Shown here piece after piece: positions 36,661 to 48,327 of a DNA stretch of 64,000 nucleotides. Within the stretch, counting starts at the first letter, position 1. Every line of letters starts with the position of its first letter. The notes under the pieces were generated by a model. That model saw only the letters and a list, made by a program, of their open reading frames with translations. It made no database searches and was not told the origin of the DNA. A program made the position numbers and the translations under genes. The stretch comes from Verrucomicrobiota bacterium (GTDB taxonomy: Bacteria > Verrucomicrobiota > Verrucomicrobiia > Limisphaerales > CANJSG01): positions 1 to 64,000 of the forward strand of contig JBBQXJ010000010.1 of the NCBI GenBank assembly GCA_038209745.1, in the 5' to 3' direction.

Positions 36661-37575
36661 ATGAACGCGAAAAGCCGTTCCAGATTGTTGCTGAGCCTGC
36701 TCCTGCTGGCAGGCGGACTCTGTGCCGCCCAAGGCTGGAGACATCGGGGCTCCCGTGAAGGCGTCGTCTACACGGAGGACGGCGTGGCGGTGGACGAACA
36801 CACCGTCAAGACGGCGCGCGAGGTCGCCAACCGCGGCTCCGGGGCGCCCATCTGGACCAACGCGCCGGGCCTGGAGCCGGACGTCTTCACCTTCGCCCGG
36901 ATCATCCGCGACCGCTCCGACCACTGCTCCCCCACGGCGGGCGAATGGATCACCGATTTCCCGGACAGCGACCTGAACCTTTCCTACCGCCTCCAGCAAC
37001 TGACCACGATCAAGACCGATCCCAACGGCCGGACGCTTCGGCTGACCGACCCGGATCTCGTCCGTTATCCTTGGATCTACATGGTGGAGCCCGGCAGCTT
37101 GGAACTGCGCGACGAAGAGGTGCCCATTCTCCGGAACTACCTGTTGAACGGCGGGTTTCTGATGGTGGACGATTTCTGGGGCGAGGTGCAGTGGCGCACG
37201 TTCCAGGCGCAGATGAAACGCGTCTTCCCCGACCGCGACTTCGTGGAACTGCCGATGGACCATCCGATCTTCCACGCCGTGTTCCCCCTGGATGTTCCGA
37301 AGAACCAGCTGCAGATCCCGAACTTCCGCCAGGGCATCCGCAGCCAATATGACGGCGTGACCTGGGAGAACCATGACGGCGAAGAGTGCCGCGACGTCCA
37401 CATCCGCGCGCTGAACGACGACCAGGGCCACATCATGGTCCTCGCCTGCCACAACACCGACAACGGCGACGGCTGGGAGCGCGAAGGCACGGACGAATAC
37501 TTCTTCCGCCAGTTCTCGGAGAAACGCGCTTTCCCCCTCGCCATCAACATCGTCTTCTTCGCGATGACCCATTGA
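36661..37575 (+). CDS. DUF4159 domain protein, exported (paralog of the upstream gene)
   Basis: Same motif set (FTFARI, WITDFP, YLLNGGFLMVDDFWG, DHPIF, HNTDNGDGWE, FAMTH). Confidence 0.85.
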   Translation: MNAKSRSRLLLSLLLLAGGLCAAQGWRHRGSREGVVYTEDGVAVDEHTVKTAREVANRGSGAPIWTNAPGLEPDVFTFARIIRDRSDHCSPTAGEWITDFPDSDLNLSYRLQQLTTIKTDPNGRTLRLTDPDLVRYPWIYMVEPGSLELRDEEVPILRNYLLNGGFLMVDDFWGEVQWRTFQAQMKRVFPDRDFVELPMDHPIFHAVFPLDVPKNQLQIPNFRQGIRSQYDGVTWENHDGEECRDVHIRALNDDQGHIMVLACHNTDNGDGWEREGTDEYFFRQFSEKRAFPLAINIVFFAMTH

Positions 37576-37655
37576 GCCCGAAATGATGTCCGCCGAGCCC
37601 CGTCGTTCGGAGTTGAATGTTCCCCGATGAGCGTTCGAAATTTCCCCCATTCACC

Positions 37656-38675
<1,020 letters not shown>

Positions 38676-38711
38676 ACACCCGCGGCGCGATCATCCGATC
38701 GCACGATCAAC

Positions 38712-38745
38712 GGGCGGGCGCCAAGAGCGGGCCCGTCCTTTTTTT
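38712..38745 (+). terminator. rho-independent terminator after moxR
   Basis: GGGCGGGC...GCCCGTCC stem (one G-U pair) followed by T7. Confidence 0.65.
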
Positions 38746-39169
38746 GTCTCCCTTGCCAGGCTCGCCTTGTCCGAAATTGCGGGTATCCATCGGGCCAAGG
38801 ATCGCCTCGACCTCGGCGGCTAGCCTCCTTTCCCGATTTCGCGAAGCGTCTCCGTCTCATCGGGTCTTGGCTGCCTGCGGCGGCCCTCTCGATTCGCAGT
38901 CGCCAGCCGCAACCAAGGGCGGGTGTTTTGAGGCACACCAAATCGCCGAGGATCCGTTCAACTTCAATCCACATCGCCCCCTTAGGTTCCATCTCTTGCG
39001 TGAATGGGGTCGGTTCATCCCGCAATCCGTCGGCGCGCTGGCCTTTTAGGGTGTGGGAGTTCCCTCGAAACCCCATGGGCATTGACTTTACTTGGCCCCA
39101 ACCATCTCGGCGAAATCTGGGCAACACCATCACCGAAGGTGTTGCCGCGGCCCAAGTCCTCGTCCACGC

Positions 39170-39183
39170 TGAAAGCGCCCACA
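39170..39183. promoter_or_regulatory. putative LacI/GalR-family operator
   Basis: TGAAAGCGCCCACA matches the TGWAANCGNTNWCA consensus with one mismatch, 22 nt upstream of the prepilin-like ATG. Confidence 0.35.
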
Positions 39184-39205
39184 CGTCCAAACCCGATTAC
39201 CGATC

Positions 39206-40042
39206 ATGAATCAGACCGTCGTCCTCCAGACCCCCAACCGTCATGGCCGTGGTCGCCGCGGCTTCACTCTGATCGAGCTGCTGGTGGTCATCGCCATCAT
39301 CGCCATCCTTGCGGGGATGCTCCTTCCGGCTCTGGCCAAGGCCAAGGCCAAGGGACTACAGACCGCCTGCCTGAACAACCTCCGGCAAATCGGCTTGGCG
39401 ACCGTCATGTATGTGAGCGATTTCGGCGTCTATCCCGGAAGTCTCTCGGTCAGCCCGCCGGTCTACGTCTGGCCGGTTCGCCTGCTCCCTTATGCCGGCG
39501 AAAACCGGAAGCTCTTCCATTGCCCGGCGGCCGATCCGAACAGCTCCTGGGACGAGACCCTCAACAACACCCTGGCCACCGCGACTCCTCCGGGTTTCTC
39601 GGCCCCGATCAAATACGGCGTCACACCCAACAGCCGCTTCTCCTATGGCTACAACGACTGGGGCCTCAACATAGGAGCCTCTCCCCAGCTCGGTCTCGGA
39701 GGCGACATCAACGGCGGAGCATTCCGGGGCTATGTCAAAGACACCTCCGTCAGAAACCCGTCGGACATGATCATGCTCGCCGACGGAAAAGGGGCCAAGA
39801 CCAACCCCACCTACAACGCCAGCATCGATCCGACCCAGGACGACCAATGGCCGGCCAACCGGCACAACCGCTTCACCGTGATCCAGTTTGCCGACGGCCA
39901 CTCCGCCGCTGCCAAACGAAAAGAGGTCATTGATCCGACTCGGGACAATCCCTGGCGGAGAAGGTGGAACGCCGACAACGCGCTCCACAACGAGGTCACT
40001 TGGACTGTGAACGCGGCGTTGGAAGCCCGGATCGACCAGTGA
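39206..40042 (+). CDS. prepilin-type N-terminal cleavage/methylation protein with H-X9-DG motif (DUF1559-like)
   Basis: [49 protein letters not shown] and [12 protein letters not shown] motifs. Confidence 0.93.
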   Translation: MNQTVVLQTPNRHGRGRRGFTLIELLVVIAIIAILAGMLLPALAKAKAKGLQTACLNNLRQIGLATVMYVSDFGVYPGSLSVSPPVYVWPVRLLPYAGENRKLFHCPAADPNSSWDETLNNTLATATPPGFSAPIKYGVTPNSRFSYGYNDWGLNIGASPQLGLGGDINGGAFRGYVKDTSVRNPSDMIMLADGKGAKTNPTYNASIDPTQDDQWPANRHNRFTVIQFADGHSAAAKRKEVIDPTRDNPWRRRWNADNALHNEVTWTVNAALEARIDQ

Positions 40043-40202
40043 TCGGCAGACCGCGCGCCGGTTCAAAAGCCGGGCCGGATCATGGGCCGTCCCTGAGCCG
40101 GCCCGTTCGTTTGGACCTAGGTCCTTGCGGCAAGAATCCCACCCATCAGCCCGTCCGCAGGGCCCGCTTGATCCGGGAGCGATCGGACCACAACCAGCAT
40201 CC

Positions 40203-41390
40203 ATGAGCACCGCCCCGATTCCGGCAACCGAGGTCCATGATCCCGCCGAAACAGCACGCCGGCAGTTCACCGCCCGCTTCCGTCAACCTCCACGCTGGCT
40301 CGCCGCCGCACCCGGCCGCGTGAATCTCATCGGCGAACATACGGACTACAACGAAGGCTTCGTCCTGCCCATGGCCATCGACCGCGAGACGGTCGTCGCG
40401 GCCGCCCTCAACGGCCGGAACATCATCCGTCTCGAAACCTCGTTCGCCGACAAGCCTGTCGAGATCGATCCAGCCCGGCTGACACCCGGCTCCCACACCA
40501 GCTGGTCCGACTACGCCGCAGGGGTGATCGCCGGATTCCAGGCACTCGGCCCAAAGATCCCCGGTTTCGACGCGTTCGTGGATTCATCCGTTCCCGCCGG
40601 CGGCGGACTTTCCAGCAGCGCCGCGCTCGAAGTCGCCACCGCCACGCTGCTTGAGGCCATCACCGGCCGATCGCTCGATCCGGTCGGGAAAGCGCTCCTC
40701 TGCCAGAAGGCGGAACACGACTACGTCGGCGTGCCCTGTGGCATCATGGATCAGATGGCTTCGGTCTGCGGACGCGAAGACCACCTCTTGCTCCTCGACT
40801 GCCGATCACGTGAAACGCGCCTCGTCCCCTTCAACGATCCGTCCGTGGCCGTGCTCGTGATCAACACCAACGTCCGGCACGAGCTCTCCGGCGGCGAATA
40901 TGCCCTGCGCCGAACCCAGTGTGAAACCGCCGCCCATGCGCTGGATGTCGCCTCCCTCCGCGACGTCACGGAGCCGATGCTGCTGGCCGGCCGGTCCAAG
41001 ATGGACTCCACCACTTTCCGCCGCGCCCGCCACGTCGTCTCCGAGATCGCCCGAACGCTGAAGGCTGCTGACGCCGTGGCCGCCTCGCGTTGGGAAGAAG
41101 TCGGCCAGCTCATGCAGGCCAGCCACGCCTCGCTGCGTGACGACTACAAGGTCAGCTGTCCCGAGCTCGAAGTGGTCGTCGACCTGGCTTCCGCTCCAAA
41201 AATGAAATCCAGCATCTATGGCTGCCGCATGACCGGCGGCGGCTTCGGCGGTTGCGCCATCGCCTTGGTCCGACGCGACGCGGCGGACGCCGTCTCAGCC
41301 TCGATCGCCACGGACTACCACAAGCGCACCGGCATCGAGCCGTCCCTCTTCCTCACCCGCCCCGGCGACGGCGCCCGCCTCCTGGCATGA
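40203..41390 (+). CDS. galK: galactokinase
   Basis: APGRVNLIGEHTDYNEGFVLPMAI, GGGLSSSAALE, CGIMDQ and RMTGGGFGGC motifs. Start at ATG 40203. Confidence 0.97.
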   Translation: MSTAPIPATEVHDPAETARRQFTARFRQPPRWLAAAPGRVNLIGEHTDYNEGFVLPMAIDRETVVAAALNGRNIIRLETSFADKPVEIDPARLTPGSHTSWSDYAAGVIAGFQALGPKIPGFDAFVDSSVPAGGGLSSSAALEVATATLLEAITGRSLDPVGKALLCQKAEHDYVGVPCGIMDQMASVCGREDHLLLLDCRSRETRLVPFNDPSVAVLVINTNVRHELSGGEYALRRTQCETAAHALDVASLRDVTEPMLLAGRSKMDSTTFRRARHVVSEIARTLKAADAVAASRWEEVGQLMQASHASLRDDYKVSCPELEVVVDLASAPKMKSSIYGCRMTGGGFGGCAIALVRRDAADAVSASIATDYHKRTGIEPSLFLTRPGDGARLLA

Positions 41391-42904
41391 GCGGTGGAGC
41401 GTCAGCCCCGTTGCTCCGTATCGCCGATCTCTCCATCGCTTTCGGCCCGGTGAAGGCGCTCGACGGCGCAGGACTGACGCTGCGCGCCGGGGAGATCCAC
41501 GCATTGATGGGCGAAAACGGAGCGGGCAAATCGACGCTCATCAAGACCCTCACCGGCGTCTACGCTCCCGACTCCGGCCGGTTCGAGTTCGAAGGCCGCC
41601 CCGTCGCCCCGAAGTCGCCGCGCGACGCCGAAGCCATCGGCATCAGCACCGTCTATCAAGAGGTCAATCTCGTCCCCACGCTGTCCATCGCGGACAACAT
41701 CCTGCTCGGCCGCCAGCCCACGCGCTTCGGCCTCCTGCGCAAGTCCCAGATCCGCCGCCGTGCCGAAGCCGCCCTTGGCCGTCTCGGACTCAAGCTCGAC
41801 GCCAGCCGTTCGCTCTCATCCTGCTCCATGGCCGAACAGCAGATGGTGGCGATCGCCCGGGCGCTGGACGTGAAGGCCAAGCTGCTGATCCTCGATGAAC
41901 CGACCTCAAGTCTCGACGAACGCGAGGTGGAATTCCTCTTTGGTGTGCTCCGCCGCCTTCGCGACGAAGGCGTCGCGATGCTCTTCGTCACCCATTTCCT
42001 CGACCAGGTCTACGCCGTCTCCGACCGCATCACCGTCCTCCGCAACGGCCGGTTCGTCGGCGAACATCCGATCGCCGAACTGCCGCGTCTCAAGCTGATC
42101 AGCGCGATGCTCGGCCGGGAATTCGCCGAGATGCAGCACCTCGCCGAAAGCGCCCACAGCGCCGCGGCCGGTTCACGCGCACCGCTGCTCGAGGCCCGCC
42201 ACATCAGCCACAAGGGCACGATGAATCCAGTCAGCCTCGACATCGCCGCCGGTGAAGTCACCGGGCTCGCCGGATTGCTCGGCTCCGGCCGCACCGAGAC
42301 GGCCAAGATGCTCTTCGGCGTCACGCCGACGCAGACGGGCGAGATCAAGCTGGGCGGCACCACGGTCAAGATCGCTTCGCCGCGCGACGCCATTCGGCTC
42401 GGCCTCGCCTTCTGCAGCGAGGACCGGAAGACCGAGGGCATTTTTCCGGACCTGTCCGTCCGCGAGAACATGGTCCTCGCCCTGCAGAGCCGCCGCGGGC
42501 CGTTGCGGCTGATGGCCCGCAAGGAGCAGGACACCATCGCCGACCACTACATCCGCGCGTTGCGGATCAAGACCGACAGTGCCGGGACGCCGATCAAGAA
42601 CCTCTCCGGCGGCAACCAGCAGAAAGTGCTCCTGGGCCGTTGGCTCTCGCTGCAGCCCAGGCTGATCATCCTCGACGAACCCACGCGCGGCATCGACGTC
42701 GGCGCCAAGGCCGACATCGAGAAGCTCGTCCAGTCGCTGCGCGGCGAAGGGATGTCCGTTCTCTTCATCTCCTCGGACATCGAGGAAGTCGTCCGCAATT
42801 GCCAGCGCGTCGTCGTGCTGCGGGACCGCCGCAAGATCGGCGAACTGTCCGGCCCCGACGTCGAAGCCGGCCGCATCATGAATGTCATCGCCCATCATGA
42901 GTGA
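41387..42904 (+). CDS. ytfR: sugar ABC transporter ATP-binding protein (two ATPase domains), YtfR-like
   Basis: GENGAGKSTLIK, ISTVYQEVNL, LILDEPT, LSGGNQQKV and DEPTRGIDVGAK motifs; ATGA overlap with galK. Confidence 0.88.
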   Translation: MSGGASAPLLRIADLSIAFGPVKALDGAGLTLRAGEIHALMGENGAGKSTLIKTLTGVYAPDSGRFEFEGRPVAPKSPRDAEAIGISTVYQEVNLVPTLSIADNILLGRQPTRFGLLRKSQIRRRAEAALGRLGLKLDASRSLSSCSMAEQQMVAIARALDVKAKLLILDEPTSSLDEREVEFLFGVLRRLRDEGVAMLFVTHFLDQVYAVSDRITVLRNGRFVGEHPIAELPRLKLISAMLGREFAEMQHLAESAHSAAAGSRAPLLEARHISHKGTMNPVSLDIAAGEVTGLAGLLGSGRTETAKMLFGVTPTQTGEIKLGGTTVKIASPRDAIRLGLAFCSEDRKTEGIFPDLSVRENMVLALQSRRGPLRLMARKEQDTIADHYIRALRIKTDSAGTPIKNLSGGNQQKVLLGRWLSLQPRLIILDEPTRGIDVGAKADIEKLVQSLRGEGMSVLFISSDIEEVVRNCQRVVVLRDRRKIGELSGPDVEAGRIMNVIAHHE

Positions 42905-43912
42905 GCCCCTGGCCAGAGTCAGAGCCTGGTTCCAGGGAGGCACCCTGCTGTGGCCGCTTCTCGGTTTGGCCGCGCTGTTGGCCTTCAACCTCGTCTGGTC
43001 CCCCGGCTTCTTCAGCGTCGAGCTCCGCGAAGGCCATCTCTACGGCATCCTCGTCGACATCCTGAACCAGGGCTCGAAGGTCATGCTGCTCTCCATCGGC
43101 ATGACGCTGGTCATCGCCTCGGGCGGCGTCGATCTGTCGGTCGGTTCCATCATGGCCATCGCCGGCGCGCTGGCGGCCGCGTTGGTCACGCGGACCGGAT
43201 TGCCCTTCGTCGCGGTGGTTCCGATCACCCTGCTGGCAGCGCTGCTGGCCGGTTTCGGCAACGGCCTCCTCGTGGCCAAGGCCGGCATCCAGCCGATCAT
43301 CGCCACCTTGATCCTGATGGTCGCCGGACGCGGCGTCGCCATGTTGATCACCGGCGGACAGATCCTCACCTTCGATCTGCCGGCCTTCGTCTATCTCGGC
43401 AACGGCCACCTGTTCGGCCTGCCCTTCACGGTGACGATCGTCGCGGCCGTTCTCGCCATCTCAGTCTGGCTCACGCGCAGGACCGCTTGCGGCCTCTTCC
43501 TCGAAGCCGTGGGCGACAACGGACGCGCCGCGCGCTTCTGTGGCATCAACACCACCGCAGTGAAGCTCCTCGTCTATGCGGTCTCCGGACTCTGCGCCGG
43601 CATCGCCGGACTCATCGCCACTTCGAACATCAAGGCCGCCGACTCCAGCCGCGTCGGCGAGATGATGGAGCTGGACGCCATCTTCGCCGTCGTCGTCGGC
43701 GGGACCGCGTTGACGGGCGGACGCTTCTCGCTGGTGGGTTCGGTCCTCGGCGCGCTGCTCATCCAGACGCTCACCACCACCATGCAGAACCTCGGCGTGC
43801 CGCCCGCGATTTCGCCCGTGCCCAAGTCCATCGTCATCGTCGCCGTCTGCCTCCTGCAATCGGCCAAGTTCCGCGGGCAGATCGGCGGTCTGTGGAAGGG
43901 AAAGGCCCGGCC

Positions 43913-43916
<4 letters not shown>
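42897..43916 (+). CDS. ytfT: sugar ABC transporter permease, YtfT-like
   Basis: GMTLVIASGGVDLSVG, IQPIIATLILMVAGRGVA and ELDAIFAVVVGGTALTGGRF motifs. Confidence 0.85.
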
Positions 43917-44890
<974 letters not shown>

Positions 44891-44897
44891 CTCTCCC

Positions 44898-47141
44898 ATG
44901 AAACGACGCCGTTCTTCTCTCCGACACTGGGCCGCTTTGTTCGCAAGCGCGGTGCCGCTCCTGGCCTTTGCGGCAGAGGCGTGGCAACCGGCCAAAGGCC
45001 CTTTGAATACCCGCTGGGCGGCGGCCGTTTCGCCGGAGAACGCGCTGCCCGAATATCCGCGTCCGCAAATGGTCCGGCATGATTGGCTCAATCTGAACGG
45101 CCTTTGGGACTATGCCCTGACCGCGCACGCCGCCGCCGCGCCCACGACCTTTGGCGATCACATTCTCGTTCCCTTCGCCTATGAGTCGTCCCTCTCCGGC
45201 GTCGGCAAGCCGAGCGTGCCCGACCAGCGCCTGTGGTATCGGCGCGGCTTCACCGTGCCGGCGAAGTGGCGCGGCCAGCGCGTGATCCTGCACCTCGGCG
45301 CGGTGACGTGGGACTCGTCGGTTCTCGTCAACGGCAAGGCCATCGGCACCCATCGCGGCGGATACACCGCCTTCGAGTTCGACATCACCGACAGCCTCAA
45401 AGCCGGCAACAACGAACTCGTCGTCTCCGCCTGGAACCCCCTCCGCTCCGACTTGGCCGACGCCCAGGTGCTCGGTAAACAGCGCAAAAAGCCCGAGGCC
45501 ATCTTCTACACCGCAGCCAGCGGCATCTGGCAGACCGTCTGGCTGGAACCCGTCTCCGCCGCCCACATCGACGCCCTCCGGATGACGCCCGACATCGACG
45601 CCAAGGCTCTCAGACTCACCGTCCAGTCCGGTCAGATCGCGCAGGTCAGGGTGACCGCGTTCGACGGCTCCAAGGAAGTCGCCAGCATCACCGGCACCGC
45701 TGGCCAGGAGCTCAGCCTTCCGATCACGAACCCCCGTCTCTGGACGCCGAGCGACCCTCATCTCTACAGCCTCAAAGTGGCGCTGCTCCAGAACGGCAAG
45801 GAAACCGACGCCGTGGACAGTTACTTCGCCATGCGGAAGATCTCGCTCGGACAGGACGCGCAGGGCCGCACCCGCATGTTCCTGAACAACGCGTTCCTCT
45901 TCGAGATCGGCCCTCTCGACCAGGGCTACTGGCCGGACGGCATCTACACCGCCCCGACCGACGACGCCCTTCGCTACGACATCGAGGTCACCAAGCAGCT
46001 CGGGTTCAACATGACCCGCAAGCACGCCAAGGTGGAACCCGACCGCTGGTATTACTGGACCGACAAGCTCGGCCTGCTCGTCTGGCAGGATATGCCCCAG
46101 ATGTTCGGCGGCCGCGACAACACCCTCACGGCCGGAGCCAAGGCGCAGTTCGAAAAGGAATGGCGCGAAGAGCTCGCCCAGTTGCACAACCACCCCTCGA
46201 TCGTCGTCTGGACTCCCTTCAACGAAGGCTGGGGCCAGCACGACACGGAAGCCGTCGTCGCCTTGACCAAACAACTGGATCCGAGCCGCCTCGTGAACAA
46301 CGCCAGCGGCTGGACCGACATGAAGTGCGGCGACCTCCACGACACCCACGCCTATCCCGGGCCCGGATGCGAACTGCCCGAGCCCCATCGCGCGTCGGTC
46401 AACGGCGAGTTCGGCGGCGTGACCATGAGCCTCCCCGGCCACCGCTGGAACGACGACGCCTTCGGCTACGGCGCGGTGCTGAAGGATTCCTGGCTCGCGA
46501 CCAAGCGCTACCAGGCGCTCCTCGAGAACGTCTACAAGCTGCGCGACGAACGGGGCATGAGCGCCGCCGTCTACACCCAGATCACCGACGTCGAACAGGA
46601 GATCAACGGCCTGCTCACCTACGACCGGGCGATGATCAAGCTGGACGAGAAGATCGTCACCGCCGCGAACAAAGGTAAATTCCTCCCGCTGCCGCCGAAC
46701 CCCAACCCGCCCATCGTCCCCTCCTCCCAGGACGAGCCCCAGACCTGGCGCTACACCACGGAGAAACCGGCCGGCGACTGGATGAAGCCCGGCTTCGCCG
46801 ACACGACCTGGAAGCCGGCACCGGGCGGATTCGGCCACGACGTCGGTCCCATCCAGACGCAGTGGACCACGTCCGACATCTGGATCCGCCGCATCGTCGA
46901 GCTGACCGCCGACCTGCCGGCCGAGCTGGCCTTCGAGTGCTTCCACGACGAGGACGCCGAAATCTATCTGAACGGCGTGCTCGCCGCGTCGCCCAGGGAC
47001 TACAACCACGCGTACGAGACGATCCCGATGAACGCCGCAGGCCGCGCCGCCTTGAAGGGCGGTCCGAACGTCATCGCCGTCCATTGCCACCAGACCATCG
47101 GCGGCCAGTTCATCGACGTCGGCATCGTGAAGGCGAAGTGA
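44898..47141 (+). CDS. secreted GH2 glycoside hydrolase (beta-galactosidase / possible beta-galactofuranosidase) with C-terminal galactose-binding-like domain
   Basis: Signal peptide; PEYPRPQMVR..WLNLNGLWD, GPLDQGYWPDG, RKHAKVEP, NHPSIVVW..FNEGWG, GEFGG and YTQITDVEQEINGL motifs. Confidence 0.9.
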   Translation: MKRRRSSLRHWAALFASAVPLLAFAAEAWQPAKGPLNTRWAAAVSPENALPEYPRPQMVRHDWLNLNGLWDYALTAHAAAAPTTFGDHILVPFAYESSLSGVGKPSVPDQRLWYRRGFTVPAKWRGQRVILHLGAVTWDSSVLVNGKAIGTHRGGYTAFEFDITDSLKAGNNELVVSAWNPLRSDLADAQVLGKQRKKPEAIFYTAASGIWQTVWLEPVSAAHIDALRMTPDIDAKALRLTVQSGQIAQVRVTAFDGSKEVASITGTAGQELSLPITNPRLWTPSDPHLYSLKVALLQNGKETDAVDSYFAMRKISLGQDAQGRTRMFLNNAFLFEIGPLDQGYWPDGIYTAPTDDALRYDIEVTKQLGFNMTRKHAKVEPDRWYYWTDKLGLLVWQDMPQMFGGRDNTLTAGAKAQFEKEWREELAQLHNHPSIVVWTPFNEGWGQHDTEAVVALTKQLDPSRLVNNASGWTDMKCGDLHDTHAYPGPGCELPEPHRASVNGEFGGVTMSLPGHRWNDDAFGYGAVLKDSWLATKRYQALLENVYKLRDERGMSAAVYTQITDVEQEINGLLTYDRAMIKLDEKIVTAANKGKFLPLPPNPNPPIVPSSQDEPQTWRYTTEKPAGDWMKPGFADTTWKPAPGGFGHDVGPIQTQWTTSDIWIRRIVELTADLPAELAFECFHDEDAEIYLNGVLAASPRDYNHAYETIPMNAAGRAALKGGPNVIAVHCHQTIGGQFIDVGIVKAK

Positions 47142-47142
47142 C

Positions 47143-48282
47143 ATGAATCCCCGCCGTCCTCCACGCCGCCCCGGTTTCCTCGCAGCACTCGCGCTCGCGC
47201 TGTTTTTTACGTTGGCCGGGCAGGCGGTCGGAGCGGCTGCGGATGATGCTGTTCCCTCCGTAGCGGCGGGGTCTGCTCCAGACACCTTCCACTGGTCCAA
47301 TCCGATCCGCGTGCAGGACGGGATACCCGGCGACGAGCTGCGCGACCCGTGCATCGTCCGCGAAGGCGACACCTACTATCTCGTCTTCACCGTTTTCCCG
47401 TTTCGCGGCCGCGATGAGAACCACCTCGGCGATCCCGACCAGGGCTCGTCGCCCGGCATCAAGCTCTATCGCTCGCGGGATCTCGCGAACTGGACCTTCG
47501 ACCGCTGGCTGGTGAAGGGCTCCGAACTGCCGGACAACTGTCCGTATCGCCACCGTTTCTGGGCTCCGGAGATCCACAAGATGGGCGGCAAGTTCTACCT
47601 CGTCTTCACCGCCGACAACTGGTCGAAGAAGGAACACAACCCCGCCGGCACCTGGGGCGCGGCCGGCTATGCGTTCGTCGGCGTGGCGGACCAGGTGACC
47701 GGACCCTACGAGCACATCAGCTACATTCCCGGCGCGGCCTGCGACACGACGCTGTTCGAGGACACCGACGGCCGCACCTACGCCTTCATTCCCCGCTACA
47801 ACATCGACGTGCAGGAGATCGACCTGACCGGCCTGGCGCGTGGCGAGGTGAAGCTGCTGGGCCAGCCCGTGAAGATCCTCACGCCGGACAACGCGGATGT
47901 CGGTCTCGCGACCAAGGCGGACTACCTCGAAGGCCCGTGGGTCCGGAAGATCGGCGACCGCTACTGTCTCTTCTACGCCTCGCTCTATTCGAAGAAGAAC
48001 AACGCGGACGGCGGCGACGGCTACTGGGCCGGCGTGGCCTACGCCGATCGGGTGACGGGACCGTTCCAGAAAGACCCGCGCGCGAAGGTCTTCCTCGGCG
48101 GCCATCTCGCGGTCTTCGACGATCCGTCCGGCGGCGCGTGGTTTTCCTATCGCGGCGAAAGCGGCGGTCCGGCCCAGGGCCGGCTTTGTGTCGAGCCGAT
48201 CAGCCTGGATGCCTCGGGCCGCGTGCGCGTCGCCGGACCGACGACCGGCCCACGAACCCTTTCCCTCCACCGTACAAAATGA
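47143..48282 (+). CDS. secreted GH43-like five-bladed beta-propeller glycosidase
   Basis: Signal peptide; LRDPCI, FWAPEIH, CDTTLF and LEGPW catalytic-type motifs. Confidence 0.85.
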   Translation: MNPRRPPRRPGFLAALALALFFTLAGQAVGAAADDAVPSVAAGSAPDTFHWSNPIRVQDGIPGDELRDPCIVREGDTYYLVFTVFPFRGRDENHLGDPDQGSSPGIKLYRSRDLANWTFDRWLVKGSELPDNCPYRHRFWAPEIHKMGGKFYLVFTADNWSKKEHNPAGTWGAAGYAFVGVADQVTGPYEHISYIPGAACDTTLFEDTDGRTYAFIPRYNIDVQEIDLTGLARGEVKLLGQPVKILTPDNADVGLATKADYLEGPWVRKIGDRYCLFYASLYSKKNNADGGDGYWAGVAYADRVTGPFQKDPRAKVFLGGHLAVFDDPSGGAWFSYRGESGGPAQGRLCVEPISLDASGRVRVAGPTTGPRTLSLHRTK

Positions 48283-48327
48283 TAGCTATCGACGATCCTT
48301 GTTTCCGAAAAGCATGACCCCATCTCC

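Noticed and set aside
33020..37650. Very long antisense ORFs (909 aa and 636 aa); similar ones at 24704-27325, 44832-47372 and 11003-12697
   Set aside because: They shadow well-supported genes on the opposite strand, lack recognisable motifs, and are expected from high-GC codon bias that removes antisense stops.
38676..39205. Short ORFs in the moxR-prepilin intergenic region
   Set aside because: No motifs, atypical composition and mutual overlap on both strands; treated as non-coding.
42950..43912. N-terminal 320 aa of the 646-aa ORF, suggesting a fused permease
   Set aside because: It is an off-frame Arg-rich read-through overlapping ytfT; the real yjfF starts at ATG 43913.
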